Positions 11,592 to 25,409 of a stretch of DNA of 64,000 nucleotides are shown here, in pieces. The notes beneath the pieces are model-generated. The model did not search any database. It was not told the DNA's origin and was given only the letters and a program-made list of their open reading frames with translations. Within the stretch, counting starts at the first letter, position 1. Every line of letters begins with the position of its first letter. The DNA is taken from NCBI GenBank assembly GCA_043228905.1, contig JBHGNT010000005.1:5704001-5768000 (forward strand). Reading direction: 5' to 3'. Both the position numbers and the translations under genes were made by a program. Origin of the DNA: Azolla caroliniana (Eukaryota > Plantae > Polypodiophyta).

Positions 11592-14500
11592 CTGAAATAA
11601 AAAATCAATACATGTTACCTCTACTCTACTGGGACATGTGTATTTAGAACCACGATTGGTAGGGAAGAATCAAAAATAAAAAATCAGCCACATTCACCCA
11701 AATCCTAAATCAAACTTGGGTGAAGTTTGCAGACACATAGCCATTAAAATCAGAAATGTGAATTGGTGGAAATTTCCAACACTAAATTTGAAAATTTCAA
11801 TAGTAATTAGAAATGAACCACTTAAAAAATTAGAAACCCTATGTAGAAACCTTAATCAAAAACCCTAATCAGAAATCAGACGGTTAAGGAAATCAAAAAC
11901 CTTAATTAGAAAACAATTGTTTCAGGAAATCGGGAACCCTAATCTGAAATATGTATGAAATCAACCCTAATCAAATTTTTTGTCAATAAAAAACACACTT
12001 GTTGCTACACCCCGATCTTCGAGACATCCTTGTTTGGAACTCCAACGACTTTGCCCTAATCGTTTTTTATAAAAGATAAACAGGCAACAAAGTTACAGTT
12101 ATCAGAAAGGAAATAAAATGATTTTTTAATGTGTAACTAATACATACTTGGACGAGGATCGAATTGGTGGTGTGTTGTAGCTCTGAAGGTGTAATGTCGA
12201 TATCAGAGTTTTTGTGTTGCTACGGGAGCTTCGTCTATGTTCATGCTCAGAGTACTCCATCTGTTTGGATTTCGAACTCAAACTCAAGATTAACAGGAAT
12301 TTGGTGACATTCAAGTCAAGTTTAGATGAGGGCATTGTTCCCCAAGTTCTACTACGTGAGAAACGAAAGTTCAAATTTTTTAGTATTCTCATAAATTAAA
12401 TGACATATATTTAATTAATAAAGCATAAAATTTCGTAAATGATCCTTATGATTGGCCCACAAAAAACTAGCTAAACAAATAGCTAAATAGCTATGGCCGT
12501 TTTACCAACTAATTAGTTATAATAGTGTTTCCACTCGCATGCTTTTACCCTCATATAGTTTATATTATAGTTAAGAAACTTTGATATTGACTACGCATAT
12601 GGCCATCACTACTAGGAGGGCTTAAACCTTTGAGCTTATTGTTAATAATTGTATGCTCTAACCAACCTACATAATGAATACTTACAAAGTTACATGGTTT
12701 ATGTTAATACCCCAGCTCGTGCCACGATGTTTCCACATCTAGACACTACTATCCATATGCTCTAACCGACGTAGATAATAGGTACTTTTATTTTTTATTT
12801 TATAGGTTGCAATATTATCTGACAATCTTTTTTGTACTACCTCTCCAAGGATGGAAGCTCCATCATTAATGTACATGTTGGATTTTCATAATTGTCTTTC
12901 TTAATTACAAATGGTATTAAAGTTAATCAAGTATGTGGCTAATTAGCCAATGGGTCAATAATTAAGTGAGAGGGGTTCAATAGACAAATATAGGTCATTT
13001 TGAGTGTAATATAGTCATAAAATGCTCGGAGGCGTTGTCGTGTAAATAGGGGTGTGTTTTCTACTCAAGTTGGATTGCGAGGGACCTGAACACGAGAGAG
13101 CATGATGCTATGTGAGAATATTTAAAACCTATTTGTGGGTTGTCTCATGTAAATTCCCCTATTATGTGAAATAGCAATGTTGGGTTTCAGGGGTATGATT
13201 TGAGTCAAGTGCTTGTAGAATCGAGGGCTTGGTAGAATCAGAACCTTGCTAGCCAACACCGCAATTCAACGCTCAAGAGGTTAACACAAGATTTAATAAG
13301 GATATTCACTATAACCTTGATTTAAGACCAAAGGAGCTTGGTTACATTTGAGAATCTCTTTTATTAAAAGTAGGGGTTTCAATGATAATGGTTACAAATA
13401 ATCACAATAGTGATTATAAAATGTTTATAGTCAAAATAGTCTGGTTGAATCAATGGTGAGGATACAAGCTTTGTGGTATCAACGAAGCCTCAATTACAAT
13501 CAAAGGCAAAGCCATCTCTTGTTGATGTAGTGTCTTCATGCCACATTGAGCTCCATTCCACGACCGGCAACTGAAATCCATAATTTCCTTCCCTCGATCA
13601 TTTCTTGGATGTTAAGATGGCTCAATATAACCTCAACCAAGACTAGGATGTGTTGTTGGAGTTCCTCACTTTAATCTACTAGATTAAGATTCAAATTAGA
13701 GACGATACATACATCTAGAAAAAGTGGCACAAGGACTACAACATAGCCCATGATGACTAACCTCTAGGATCAACAATTAATTGAGAACACAATTTCTTAA
13801 TGAGGTAGTTACTCAACTCCTTAGAGAATTGATGGATATACTAGAAAAGCATGTCATACTATTATAGGTGTAACAATAAGCTAAACACATAGACTTACAC
13901 ATACGTGCACAATTACACTCACACACTTGAAGGTTGATTCTTATTATCGTGTAGATTGACAAGTAAAATCAAACCAATGTGTGGAGGTTGAAAAAGTCTA
14001 ACCAAACATGATGTGGAGCCTTGAACAACTCCCATCATGTGTATTGTGGGGTAACGTCCTTAATCGACCTTGCTTACCTTATCTTAGTGAACTCTCACTC
14101 TCCTCCATTAGTAATGTTATCCTCATTAAGAAGCTCACTAATTCCTTAATGGGTTTTAGCGTTAAATGTGTTCAGTAATAGACACAAGTGATAGCATTAT
14201 AACACGTAAGAACAAACCACACTTCCATTGGTGTAACCGCACACAATGCTTATGATATAAAGGATTTATTAGGGTTTGTCTAAGTAGCACTTAACCCTAA
14301 TCACTTGACTTACAACAAGTATGGTAGAATTAGAATTAGAATTTTTATCATCCTCTAACGTTGGATCATAAGGGGGTTTTAGACCAAGGATTGAAGAAAC
14401 TACTAAAAAGGCACAAGTTTTACTTTTATCACTCTTTTACAAAGAGATTGTCCCCTTTTACATGGGGTTGACTATTAGGTCTACAAGTCTAGAGCAAACT

Positions 14501-15769
14501 TAGTTTTATTATTATTCTCTTAGTATTTATTACCAATGTTGATGCCAATGTCTTCATGGAGTTTGCTAGCTAGAACAAGTGCTTCACATGTACGAATCAA
14601 CAAGCGATCTTTAAAGTCTTGCACATGGCAACCCACAAATACACCCTCTCGCAAACTTACAATGGCACTTCCTTTCTAACTCTTTACATAGTTAGATGTC
14701 ACATTTAGGGTCATGACAAGTTTGAGTATATGAAATTCAACCCCAGTGTATGGTGACCCTATTTGTATGTAAACTTCAAAAGAGCACCTACCTATATACA
14801 ACAAGATGGTCGATGACATGTTACAAAAGACAATGTTCCCAAATGGTGCAGCATTAGATGCTTGGGGATTTTATTTGCAACCTATAATTTCACGAGACAC
14901 GCATCTTACAAACATGTTAATCATATTGGAATGGAAATTTTCTAACTTGGCACTCTAATGACAATCTAAACTTTCCATAATTGTCCAAAAGCACAAATAT
15001 AGACCATTTTTATAAATCCAGATACTATTATAGAAATTGAAATTGACATGCATTTTCATAACTCCTATAAAATGTAATGTTTACTCAAAACTTCACATAA
15101 CATTATGGAAAGATTACCTAAAATACCACGGGAATTTGTTACTTTGCATAAATCCACATAATATTATAGAAAGATAATGTATCTACCCACACATCATGCC
15201 ATACTCATCGATCAAATTTATGTTGTTAATTATCTGATTCTTCTATTCTTCATACCATCTAAGCTCCAAAGCATTAGTTGCGCATAAGCTCTTCAAATTT
15301 TGTCTCATTAACTACCACAAACACTTAAACTATTAAGAGATTTGTTTTTTTATCTTCTTTATATTAGAAAACCCCTCTTTCACATGATGATAGGGACAAA
15401 ACAAAAATCAACCTTGAACGTTCCGTTATCCATAGAAAAGATTGCTCCCATTCATCATGATTACAACCATCTTTCCAAGCCTCATGCATGCTTTTATCTC
15501 TAAAACAAATTATCATTCTCATAATAAAAATCCATTTTTCCTTGATTAACCAATGGAGGCAACTCTTTACCAAAATGATGGTTTAATGTTTGTGGCCACT
15601 CTTTTGTATATGCATCTAATTTGTCTAAATCCATTATAGTACTAAATAATTCCCACACATGTCTTGTCTTACATAATTACATGAAATGAGGACAGATTTA
15701 TGTATATTAATTCTCAACCCTGAAGCATTTGAAAACGATTCTCACACATGTCTTGTCTTACTAATATTT

Positions 15770-16412
15770 TCCCAATTAGGTGTCAAAACCATAATATGGT
15801 CATCTGCGAGAGCTTGAACAATACATGACATCCCCGATGGCAACCTTAGTCCAAACAATTCTTCCTCCATAGCCATATTGTGCAACTTAACAAGAATAGG
15901 ATGTGTCACAATAGTGAAGAGTAAAGGACTTACCGAACATCCTTGGACCTACCTGATCTCCAAATAGAAATCGATTGTGTTACTCCTCCATTAAACATCA
16001 CATGTGAAACCGAACCCTCCCATAATGTGTATATCAATTTAGACATACGATCACCAAAACCCATATGAGACATCAACTAATTTATAGATGACCAATCCAC
16101 ATTATCATAGGCTTTCTCAATATCCAATTGTAGCAACACTAATTCTTGTTTAGACTCCTTTGCATAGTCAATTGTCATTTGAACATTGAAAATATTATGT
16201 AAAATGTCTCTTTTTTCTAAGAACGCACATTGAGCATTATGAATAATAGAATGTAGAACCTTATGCAACCTATTGGCCATCTCTTTTGCAAAAATCTTGT
16301 ACATTCCCCCCATCAATGAAATAGGCCTCCATTGATCAAAGGAAGATGGAGAAGGCACCTTCGGCAAAAGCTTTATCAGACCAATCTTCCAAGAATGAGG
16401 CATTTCCTTGAT

Positions 16413-16415
<3 letters not shown>
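15770..16415 (-). mobile_element. LINE (L1-like) reverse transcriptase fragment
   Basis: ORF 16077-16466: LIKLLPK..WRPISL..YKIFAK..NRL..LDIEKAYDNVDW. Downstream sequence has degenerate GFG, VR-GC and ADD motifs. Confidence 0.88.
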
Positions 16416-16449
<34 letters not shown>

Positions 16450-16452
<3 letters not shown>

Positions 16453-17861
16453 GTGAAAACACACAATTATATTAATAAATGTGTGTGAAAAACACTACTT
16501 ACAATACGTGTGACAATGGAGTATGGTCTGGGTAGTGGAACATGTTGAATTGCCAATAGGCAAGACGAACACTCCACCGAGGAAAGAATTTCCACCTCTT
16601 CCAATAAAGAAAATTGTCACATTAGTACTCCCTTCAACTTTCGTAGATATGCTTTCACTCCATGTCTACCATCGAATACAAAAGCGTTGCGCATGTTCCA
16701 ATTATGACGCAATCCCCAATATCTTAGAAATAGGAAAACAATCTCCATCTCTAATTTTGGGTCAGCCTGTGTAAATTGTGCAAACACCCATTGTTTAGGT
16801 GTCAAATAACTCCGTGATAAAACTTGCCAAATTTGAGAAATGTAACTCCAAATTTGACAAGCAATTGGACATTGTATAAATCAATGAGTATTATCTTCTA
16901 TCTGAATTGTGCAAAAGAAGCAAGTACCCGTTGCTAGTCCACGACGCTTTAAAGCTAATCCCAAAGGCAATCCTCCGATCAAAACTCTCCAAATGAATAC
17001 CTTTGCAACAAGTGGCAATTTAGAATGCCAACTACGTTGTAAGATCTGCCACCACCCATGATCAGATTTGTGTATTTTCCATTCTTCTTCAACCTTAGAT
17101 GATAACCATCCAAGAGACTCAACGGAACAATGATACAAAAGATTAGTAGTCACTTGTAACAATGGTGTTTGACCCCTTAAACTCCAATCAATCCACGGTT
17201 GTTCTCTTGTTTGTAGAGGTAAGGGACCTTGTATCAATGCAATATTCTGTAGTTGTTGCCAAATAAACCCATAATTAGGCGGAATTCGTAATAATTGTCG
17301 CACTTCAGCAAAATCCAAAATTCTTTGAGATGGAGCCTCAACTATATCTCCCACCTCTTTGACCCCCAAAAAAAGTTACAAACAATTAAATTGAGAACGT
17401 AATCTCTCCTTTCTTGGCCAACATAATAACCGAGAAGACACAAGTAACTCTTGTTGCAAAGAGTTACAATGCTCTCTACTAGATGATGGTTTCCATACAC
17501 ATAACAAGAGTGCTTCTTGCCATGAGGTAACTAAGTGTTGAACACATGAAGAACCTGGAATCCTAAGTGAAATACATCCATTCAGTAATTGTCACCATGA
17601 AGCCTTAATCGTTGTCCTCCCATGTGTTAAACCCTTGTTCTCAATGAAATATCGAACAATAGATCATCATGGTTGTGAGTTTGAACACATGTCTTGTAAT
17701 AATGAAAATCTACGAGCCATCATATGCATAGATAAGTTCAATATTCCAACCCCCCCCCCCCCCCAATCGCTTAGGGGTTGCTAGATGATTCCAAGCAATC
17801 CATGTGATTCCCATCTTATCCCTCTTCTTCCACAACAAATATCGAAGAGGTTGCAAAACAG

Positions 17862-17863
<2 letters not shown>
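16450..17863 (-). mobile_element. 5'-truncated LINE (ORF2 C-terminus with zf-RVT, and 3' UTR) bounded by (GA)n on both sides
   Basis: WIAWNHLATPKRLGGG (cf. W..l..PK..GGLG), KVFIWRVL..LP..L.RRG..CFFC..ED..H, WNMRNAFVF. (CT)n at 16416-16449 and 17864-17908. Confidence 0.88.
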
Positions 17864-17912
<49 letters not shown>

Positions 17913-17944
17913 ATATATATATATATATATATAAATAAAGTTTC

Positions 17945-18472
17945 AATAAACCAGTTTGGTTTTGACACTCTCAAACTTAACCTAACCATTGTCAATTGTT
18001 ACAAATGAGCTAATATATATAAATTCTGAAACTTGACCCAAACCGATTTGAACCACAACGCCATTTAGACCGAAACCGTTTAAACCGAACCATTACAAAA
18101 AAATCCAAACTGTTAAAACCGAACCATTACAAAAAATCGAAACCGTTAAAACTATGGTTTCGTCCACGATCTCGTGGTTTGGTTTCGGTTTTCATGTTAG
18201 GTCAAATTTCAATTTTTATAATTTTATAATTTTTCATTATTTCAAATTTTAATTTTTCAAAATTTTAAAGATTTTTCCTAAAATGCAAGAAGTAGGCTTA
18301 AAAATGAAAAGGTTATTTAAAAAAATAATCAATTGTCAACCCGAAACCATCAAACCATTTAAACCGAACCAAAATTGAACCATTAAAAGAAATTTGAATA
18401 TGAACTAAACCGTTTAAATCGTTAAGCCGAGGTTTCGCGGTTCGGTTTGGTTCAAACCGAACCATTGCCGAT
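17945..18472. mobile_element. MITE/hAT-like remnant rich in AAACCG/AACCGAACC motifs
   Basis: Clustered AAACCG repeats and a terminal hairpin GGTTCGGTTTGGTTCAAACCGAACC. A related motif cluster lies at 61250-61415. No TSD found. Confidence 0.45.
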
Positions 18473-20128
18473 TGTTACTCACTTGGTATAGTAATGGACG
18501 CTCATGTGTCACATGTTTGAATCTTGCATTTGGAGAGAGTAACTAAACAAACATGAGAATGGATCAACATGAGCTTATAAATTGGCCAATCATATATGTA
18601 GAATAAATGGTATATAGATTGAATTGACGTAGTGGGGGAAAAGTTACCCAAAGAGACACCAAACCTTTCCTTTCTGAAAGGTTTGGGTGTCCATGTAATA
18701 CCTCCTCATGGGGAGATCTAGCTCGCTTGTAGAGACTACAATTCGCAACTTTGGAACAAAAATGCATCAATCAAAATAGGTACGAATAAGACGTTATATG
18801 CATAGTGTCGTGGTATTATTGCAAGAATTTAAAGTGATGATGTGCATCAAAATAGGTACAAACAAGACTTACCTGCACAACTCAATGTGACGTTGGCACC
18901 TTTTGTGAATGTATTTGGTAAGCAAGAATACTTAAATAGTCATGTGCATGTTTCTATATATTTTTTATAGGCGAAACATCACAATAGAATAAGCTAACGA
19001 TCTCTAATTAAAATAAGGCTATAGGGCAAAATTTAAATAGGGCTATTGTGCAAAACATAAAGTCTTTATTATTATAGAAAACGGCACACCCCGTTTGGAT
19101 CCTAAAATATAGTCCTTATGATATAGAACTTAAATTATTAGCTTATCAAACTACACTCCTCAAAACATTAAGTACCCTCTTTACAAGAGTCAATGCCAAT
19201 AAAAGTTCTAAAAGTTAATTTGTCGTGTTAACATCGAGACAACTACGTTTGCGAGGCATCAAAGCTTTCTGTTTTCTCTTTTAGCTTGTGGTAGCTATAA
19301 TTAGCATTAAATAAAAGAAATGCTTACGAGAGGGACAAAGATGTGCAAAACCCGCGTGTCATTTAGGTAGTCACACACACAACTCGCTTAAGTTCCGAAA
19401 CATGTATAACATATCAAACAAAAAAGCCAAAGGGCATGATCAGAATGCTTCATCAAATTTACGAACAAACCGACACAATGATTATAAAGAATGGATCCAT
19501 TATTATGTGGTGTGTAGGTACTAAAGGATGCCATCCCCCCCACCCATGTACCAAAAATTAAAGGCGCCTAAGAAACACGGGGAATGACTCCCTCCAACTT
19601 GTCGTGATGGACAACGAATCACAGAAATCTAAGGGGAACGGGGGGGGGGGGGGGGGCATGTTTCTTTGCTTCTAGCTTAGCATGGTGAACCCCGTCGAGC
19701 CTGTGTACATATCTCACCAGCTCCATTCCAAACCTTTTTTCACTTGAAAAACGTAACGTACAGGATATTTGCGTCCAGAGTCTGCGCGCGGCAAAGACGT
19801 AGGGTCTGGAGAAAGAAATGCAATGAGGCAGCAGGGGGGGATTTACACGAACAAAACAGAAGTAGACAGTGTCAGGACTCGAAAGGTGGTAGCCAAGCAG
19901 GCAGCGAAAAGGGACGGGTGGGGTGTGTGACCGGAGGCTGATGGGCGGGCGGACATTTGGGATGGGATGGGGGCTAATGGACATGATGAGAGAGAGTACC
20001 ACAACAACCAACCAACCAAACCAACCTTTCCTTTCTTTTTCCTTTTCCTTTTCCTTCAATCCCTTCTTCATTCATTCAGTCTTTTGTGGGTGCTCTGAAG
20101 GAAGGGTGGGGATTGACTTCCTGCACTA

Positions 20129-20163
<35 letters not shown>

Positions 20164-20400
20164 TCTCTCTCTCTCTCAACATTTCCATAAATTCTCCAAG
20201 TGACAGGCTACAGCTACCATTACTGCTTCCATGGCTTCTTCTTCTTCTTCTTCTTCTTGACAGAAGAAGGAGCCCGTCCTCTCCCCCCCCCCTTAACCTG
20301 CCTTACATATATATATATATGTACAGAATCCAGATGTACATCTGCAAATCGATAGCTTCACCCCACTGACTGACCCGATCCATCGTCCCCTCCCACCCCT

Positions 20401-22651
20401 ATGGCCATCAGCAGATCTTCTCCGCCACAGAAACCGCAATGGCGCATCCTTCATCTCCTTCTCTTGCTCGGTGCTGCAGGTTTCGCTGCCTTCGCCTCTT
20501 CCACTTCTGCTCAGCAGCAGCAACAGCAGCATTCCCTTCCAGAAATACACGTAAGTGCCGCTTCTACTTTCTATCAGATCTGACCTCCTGCCTTCCCTTC
20601 CTTTCCCTTTCCACCCCCCCTTTTCATTTCCTGCTAGATCTTAGTGTGTTCCCTTCGTTCTCATTTCGTTTTCTGATTCAGAGCTTCTCCGCTGGTAAGT
20701 AAGACAGTTCCCCTCATATTTTTCGCACATAATAGAAGATCTGTAACAATGGTCGATCTATAGAAGAGAGAGTCGCGAGGCCTTCTTTTCTTCTCTGCAG
20801 AGATTTGTGTTCATCAAGCTTTCTTTTCTATATGTATGTATGTATCTTGTTTCAGGTGGAATCTAGTGAGGATACACCTCTAGAGCTTCCTCAGCAGATG
20901 CGAAGGCTAACGGCTGTCAGATCTGACCCTTTGAAAGCAAAAGTAGACGCTCTCTTCAAGCAAGGTAATGACCAGATCGCGGTAATCAACGCGTATGCAT
21001 CCTATGCTCGAAAGAACAAGCTAGAGATGATGAGAGAGGTCAGGATCTTCACAGAACAAGCTCAAGCTTTCATGGAGCTCCTGAACCGTCCAGCGAGCAG
21101 AGATCTCATCACTTCCACTGTAGTGAACGCGAATCAACTGGCTATGTTCGAATCAGAGCTCAAAGATCTCATCAGAACCTCCAAGAAGCATATGATGGAG
21201 GCAAAAGAGTACTTTGACAGCCAACTGAGGGTACAAAAGCTCAAGGATACTATCTTTTCTGTGAATGATCAACTCACAAAGGCCAAGAAACAAGGTGCGT
21301 TTGCTAGTTTGATTGCAGCGAAATCAATTCCCAAGAGTCTCCATTGCTTATCAACTCGTCTCATGGAAGAAAGGATATCAAATCCAACCAAATACGTTGA
21401 ATCTGGTGATCCGGCACCTGAGCTTGAAGACCCTAGCCTCTATCATTATGCTATCTTCTCAGACAATGTAGTTGCCGCTGCAGTTGTAGTTAACTCTGCA
21501 GTTGTTAATGCAAAAGATCCCGAGAAGCATGTATTTCATGTTGTCACTGATAAGATGAATCTATGGGCCATGAGAGTTTGGTTCAAGATGAGGCCCCCCA
21601 GGAATGCTCACATCGAAGTGAAAGCTGTGGAGGATTACACATTTCTCAACTCTTCCTATGTCCCTGTGTTACGGCAGCTTGAATCTGCATATTTGCAGAA
21701 GTTTTACTTTGAGAACCAGATGGAGAATGCAACCAAAGATGCTTCAAACATGAAGTTCAGGAACCCCAAGTACCTCTCAATGCTCAACCACATCCGTTTC
21801 TATTTGGCCGAGATGTACCCAAAGCTACACCGAATCCTATTTCTTGATGATGATGTGGTTGTTCAGAGGGACCTCTCTGCTCTCTGGGGCATTGACATGG
21901 ATGGTAAGGTCAATGCAGCTGTCGAGACGTGCTTTGGTTCATTCCATAGGTACGATAACTACATGAACTTCTCTCACCCTCTCATCAAAGAGAAGATTGA
22001 TCCCAAGGCGTGTGCGTGGGCATATGGTATGAACCTTTTTGATCTTGATTCTTGGCGACGGGAAAAGTGTACCGAGGAATACCATTTCTGGCAGAACAAT
22101 GTAAGTTCTTTGTGTAGTGTTTCTAGTAGGGAGAAGAAAAAGAATAGTCGCATAAATTTCTTCTTCAGAAATTTCTTAGTTCATGCCTGCTAGAAATTTT
22201 CTTCATGCATCATTTTTTAAAGCTATCCTTTGGAACTCTGTATAAAAGTGTCTTAGTTTTGTGTGTCGTAGATATATTTGATTTTGGAACTTGTCATTTC
22301 TTTCAAATAGTTTGATTGTATCATAAAAAAAAGTCATATTTAAGCTTGAATTTTTTTTTGCTTCAATGTGGGCAGAATGAGAACAGAACGCTATGGAAGC
22401 TCGGAACTTTACCTCCTGGTCTCATCACATTCTACAAGACCACGAAACCCATCGAAAAGAGTTGGCATGTGCTTGGCCTGGGATACAACCCCAACATCAG
22501 CAAGGAGGACATCAAGTCTGCGGCTGTCATTCATTATAATGGGAACATGAAGCCATGGCTTGACCTCGCCATGAAGCAATACAAGGAATACTGGACAAAG
22601 TATGTGGATTATGACATGGAATTCCTCCAAGCATGTAATTTTGGGCACTGA
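20401..22651 (+). CDS. GAUT8: Galacturonosyltransferase, GT8 family, GAUT8/QUASIMODO1-like; exons 20401-20550, 20856-22100, 22376-22651
   Basis: N-terminal signal anchor; KKQGAFASLIAAKSIPKSLHCL, LYHYAIFSDN, FRNPKYLSMLNH, LFLDDDVVVQ (DxD), LWKLGTLPPGL, HYNGNMKPWL. Two phase-0 GT-AG introns give an open frame. Confidence 0.95.
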
Positions 22652-25083
22652 GGGCCATGCCCCATCCACCCGTAACATGAAGTATATATATGAAGATAGG
22701 TAGTGCATGTGTAAAATGCCCCAGCCCCAGCCCAAAACAACATTCTTGCAAGATGAGAATGAGTTCACCGATCAAAATCAGCTTTGCATGATTGATTCAT
22801 TGTTTGTTTTGTCGAGATCTGTAGTCTTTGTCTGGATATGCACACACACTCTCTCGGCCATCAGTTTTTGTGTCTGTCAACTCACTGTATTGTCATTTGA
22901 AAATTTGTTATGAAATGATTGGGCACCTCGAACAATGCTATCATCACGACTTTCACACAATATAGGCTGCTGTATCGGGCACTATTGAAATGCTGAGGGG
23001 AGTGCTCAAGTTGAATAAGAGGCATCAAGACCTATCCAACATATCCATATTGCCAATTGCATATTTTTTTGTTCTTTTGTTTTTTTGCTCGGACGAACCT
23101 GGTATTGGGCAACTCAGTCAAACTTTTTGTTCTACCCCAAACAAGTTATGTATCTCTACTTTCTTCATCTTCTTTTTTATTGTAAGTTGTTAGCCTTATG
23201 ACATCTATGAAACCATGATATGAGCTTCCAATCATTCCACTAATGTGAAAGATCATTTTCTTTTACAATGCTAACTACAGAGTGAGTTTTATAAGGTTTG
23301 TGTGTTTGCTGATAATTGCAAAGGACTTTCTTTGCATGCCATATTAGATTGTAACTATATCTTCTTCTATCCATCTTTGAATGTATCTAACTATCGGTCT
23401 CTATGAAGATTCCTTGAAGTCAATGTCAATCATCCATGTCAGTATATTTAACTAGTCATTTATAGACATTTTATGCTCTTTCACTGTACATATACATGAT
23501 TTATAACCATTAAACGAATCATCTACTCTTGTGTACATGAAAGCCTTCCAATTATGAAAGCATGAGTCTGAAAGCATTTTGGATTTAAAACTAACAAAAT
23601 TATCTCTTTCTATTGCTCTTTTAACTCAAGTATTTCTCTAGAAATTCCAGCTCATGCAATGTAACGGGATGTAATATGAAAAGAAAGCACAGAAACTAAA
23701 ATAATACATGCTGAAATGCCCACTAGATTTAACAAATTGTGGTAAACTCTAAAGGTGTGATACAGCTACCTCCTTAAGGAATAATTTACTTGTAACCTTG
23801 AGGTTATGGGTTTGTGGGTTGTGCAACGGATGTTTAGAGACTTAAGAGTTTGTGATCACACTAACCATTTGCAACATTGCCACATTTTTTCATAGCACAA
23901 AGAGGGGGAAACACCAACACTTGATAACTTGAACATCACCATTTTTTCTATATTCCAAAGAGTGAAAAAGGCTTTTGAAACGTTATAACATTGGCATTGT
24001 CAATGTTCCTTGTTACAATGAGAAGGAAATAGAAAACCAGCTAAAAACATGATTGATGATAAAATAATAGTATAATTAATTTTGATATTCATGGATGTAT
24101 TGTTAAGGTGTTTGTTTGTCTACACTACCTATCAAGTAGTATTTGAAATTAAAATGTGCAGGCTACTTGTTAAACTACAGAGTTAAATAACAAAATAATG
24201 ATAAATGGTATTAGTTTTGAAGTGGGGCTACCAAGAGAGACCACAAATATGGAATGGAATAGAAATTTGGAAAAGAGGTTAGAATGATGGAAAAGGCATA
24301 GAGAGATGAGGAGTTTAGGTGGATGGATTAGTATTCAAATGAATAACAATTGTTCCTCTTCTTCTTTTGTGTCCATTCAAGAGTTTAAATATGTGTCCTC
24401 CCCTCAATAGAGAGTCACTTGCAAAAACTATTAGATTGTCCTCAGAAACACTTGTCTAGTTATATATAAGGCTATTAGATATCATTAATGCATACCAAGT
24501 TCACACTAGAGTTTCCAAGTGGTGATTGTGAGGCTTGAATTAACTAACACCCAAAAATTGTTTGGAAACATCCAAATTTTGAACTTGAATAATTCATGCC
24601 AAATTCCTAGTAGAGTTCCCAAGGTGGTGATTGTGAAGTTTGAATTAACCACCCTCCCTAATATTACACTTGTAAATCAATAGTTGTGTAATACCCACCT
24701 CGACAATAGAGGATTGTATCATTATACAAGTGCAATTGCATGATCATGTCGACAACCTAAATCCATTGAATAAACCATATTAAACTCATTCGATAATAAG
24801 CTCAAGATATTGATTGATGAAAATTTCCAATTCCCTTGTTATAGTTGGTTACGTGTTTGTGTAGTTTAAAGTTTAATGAAACAACAAAAATAAATGACAA
24901 TTAAATCAAGAGAATCTTAATTATTCCATCTAATGTGCAATCAAGGCTTCTTAAAGTTGCAAAGGGTACATCTAGGTGGACTTGAGAGAGAGTCAAGCAC
25001 AACCATTGAGACTACTTACACTAATTGTTCTCAATATCAAGATTCCCAACACATTTTAAAAGATGCGATGGAGATTTGTAGAA

Positions 25084-25385
25084 GTTGTGAGGTGCAATCC
25101 AAGATAGCATTAGACGACTCAAAACACCATCATCAAGAATATTATCTAAGACTAAATGACATGCATGCAAAAGTCTAAGTAACGGAAAAAAACAAAGAAA
25201 ATTGGCAAAGGATGTGAATATGTGATAATACTTGCCCAAAATCATTTAGGAGGACACAAGATGGATGAAGTGACTACTGGGGAGATGTTGTGAGGTGTAA
25301 TCCAAGATAGCATTAGAGGACTCAAAACACCATCATCAAGAATATTATCTAAGACCAAATGACATGCATGCAAAAGTCTAAGTAA
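25084..25385 (+). repeat. 203-bp tandem array, left part: copy 1 (25084-25286) and first half of copy 2
   Basis: GTTGTGAGGTG(C/T)AATCCAAGATAGC... starts at 25084 and 25287. Copy 2 stops at ...AAGTCTAAGTAA (25385). Confidence 0.95.
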
Positions 25386-25409
25386 ACACTCATTTGACAA
25401 ATCATTTGA

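Larger units (their letters stand above)
4923..12552. mobile_element. Decayed Sola2-like DNA transposon, right-hand portion, with two convergent genes
   Basis: Transposase remnant (+), spliced accessory gene (-), shared TAGCTA motifs at 4923-5070, 8930-10245 and 12468-12520. Candidate terminus ...TTTTACCCTC at 12552 followed by ATAT. The left end is not in the window. Confidence 0.55.

Noticed and set aside
13000-15700. Possible old TE relic
   Set aside because: No termini or protein motif I could support by eye.
19619-20369. ORFs upstream of GAUT8
   Set aside because: Promoter/UTR microsatellite translations on both strands with no recognisable protein.
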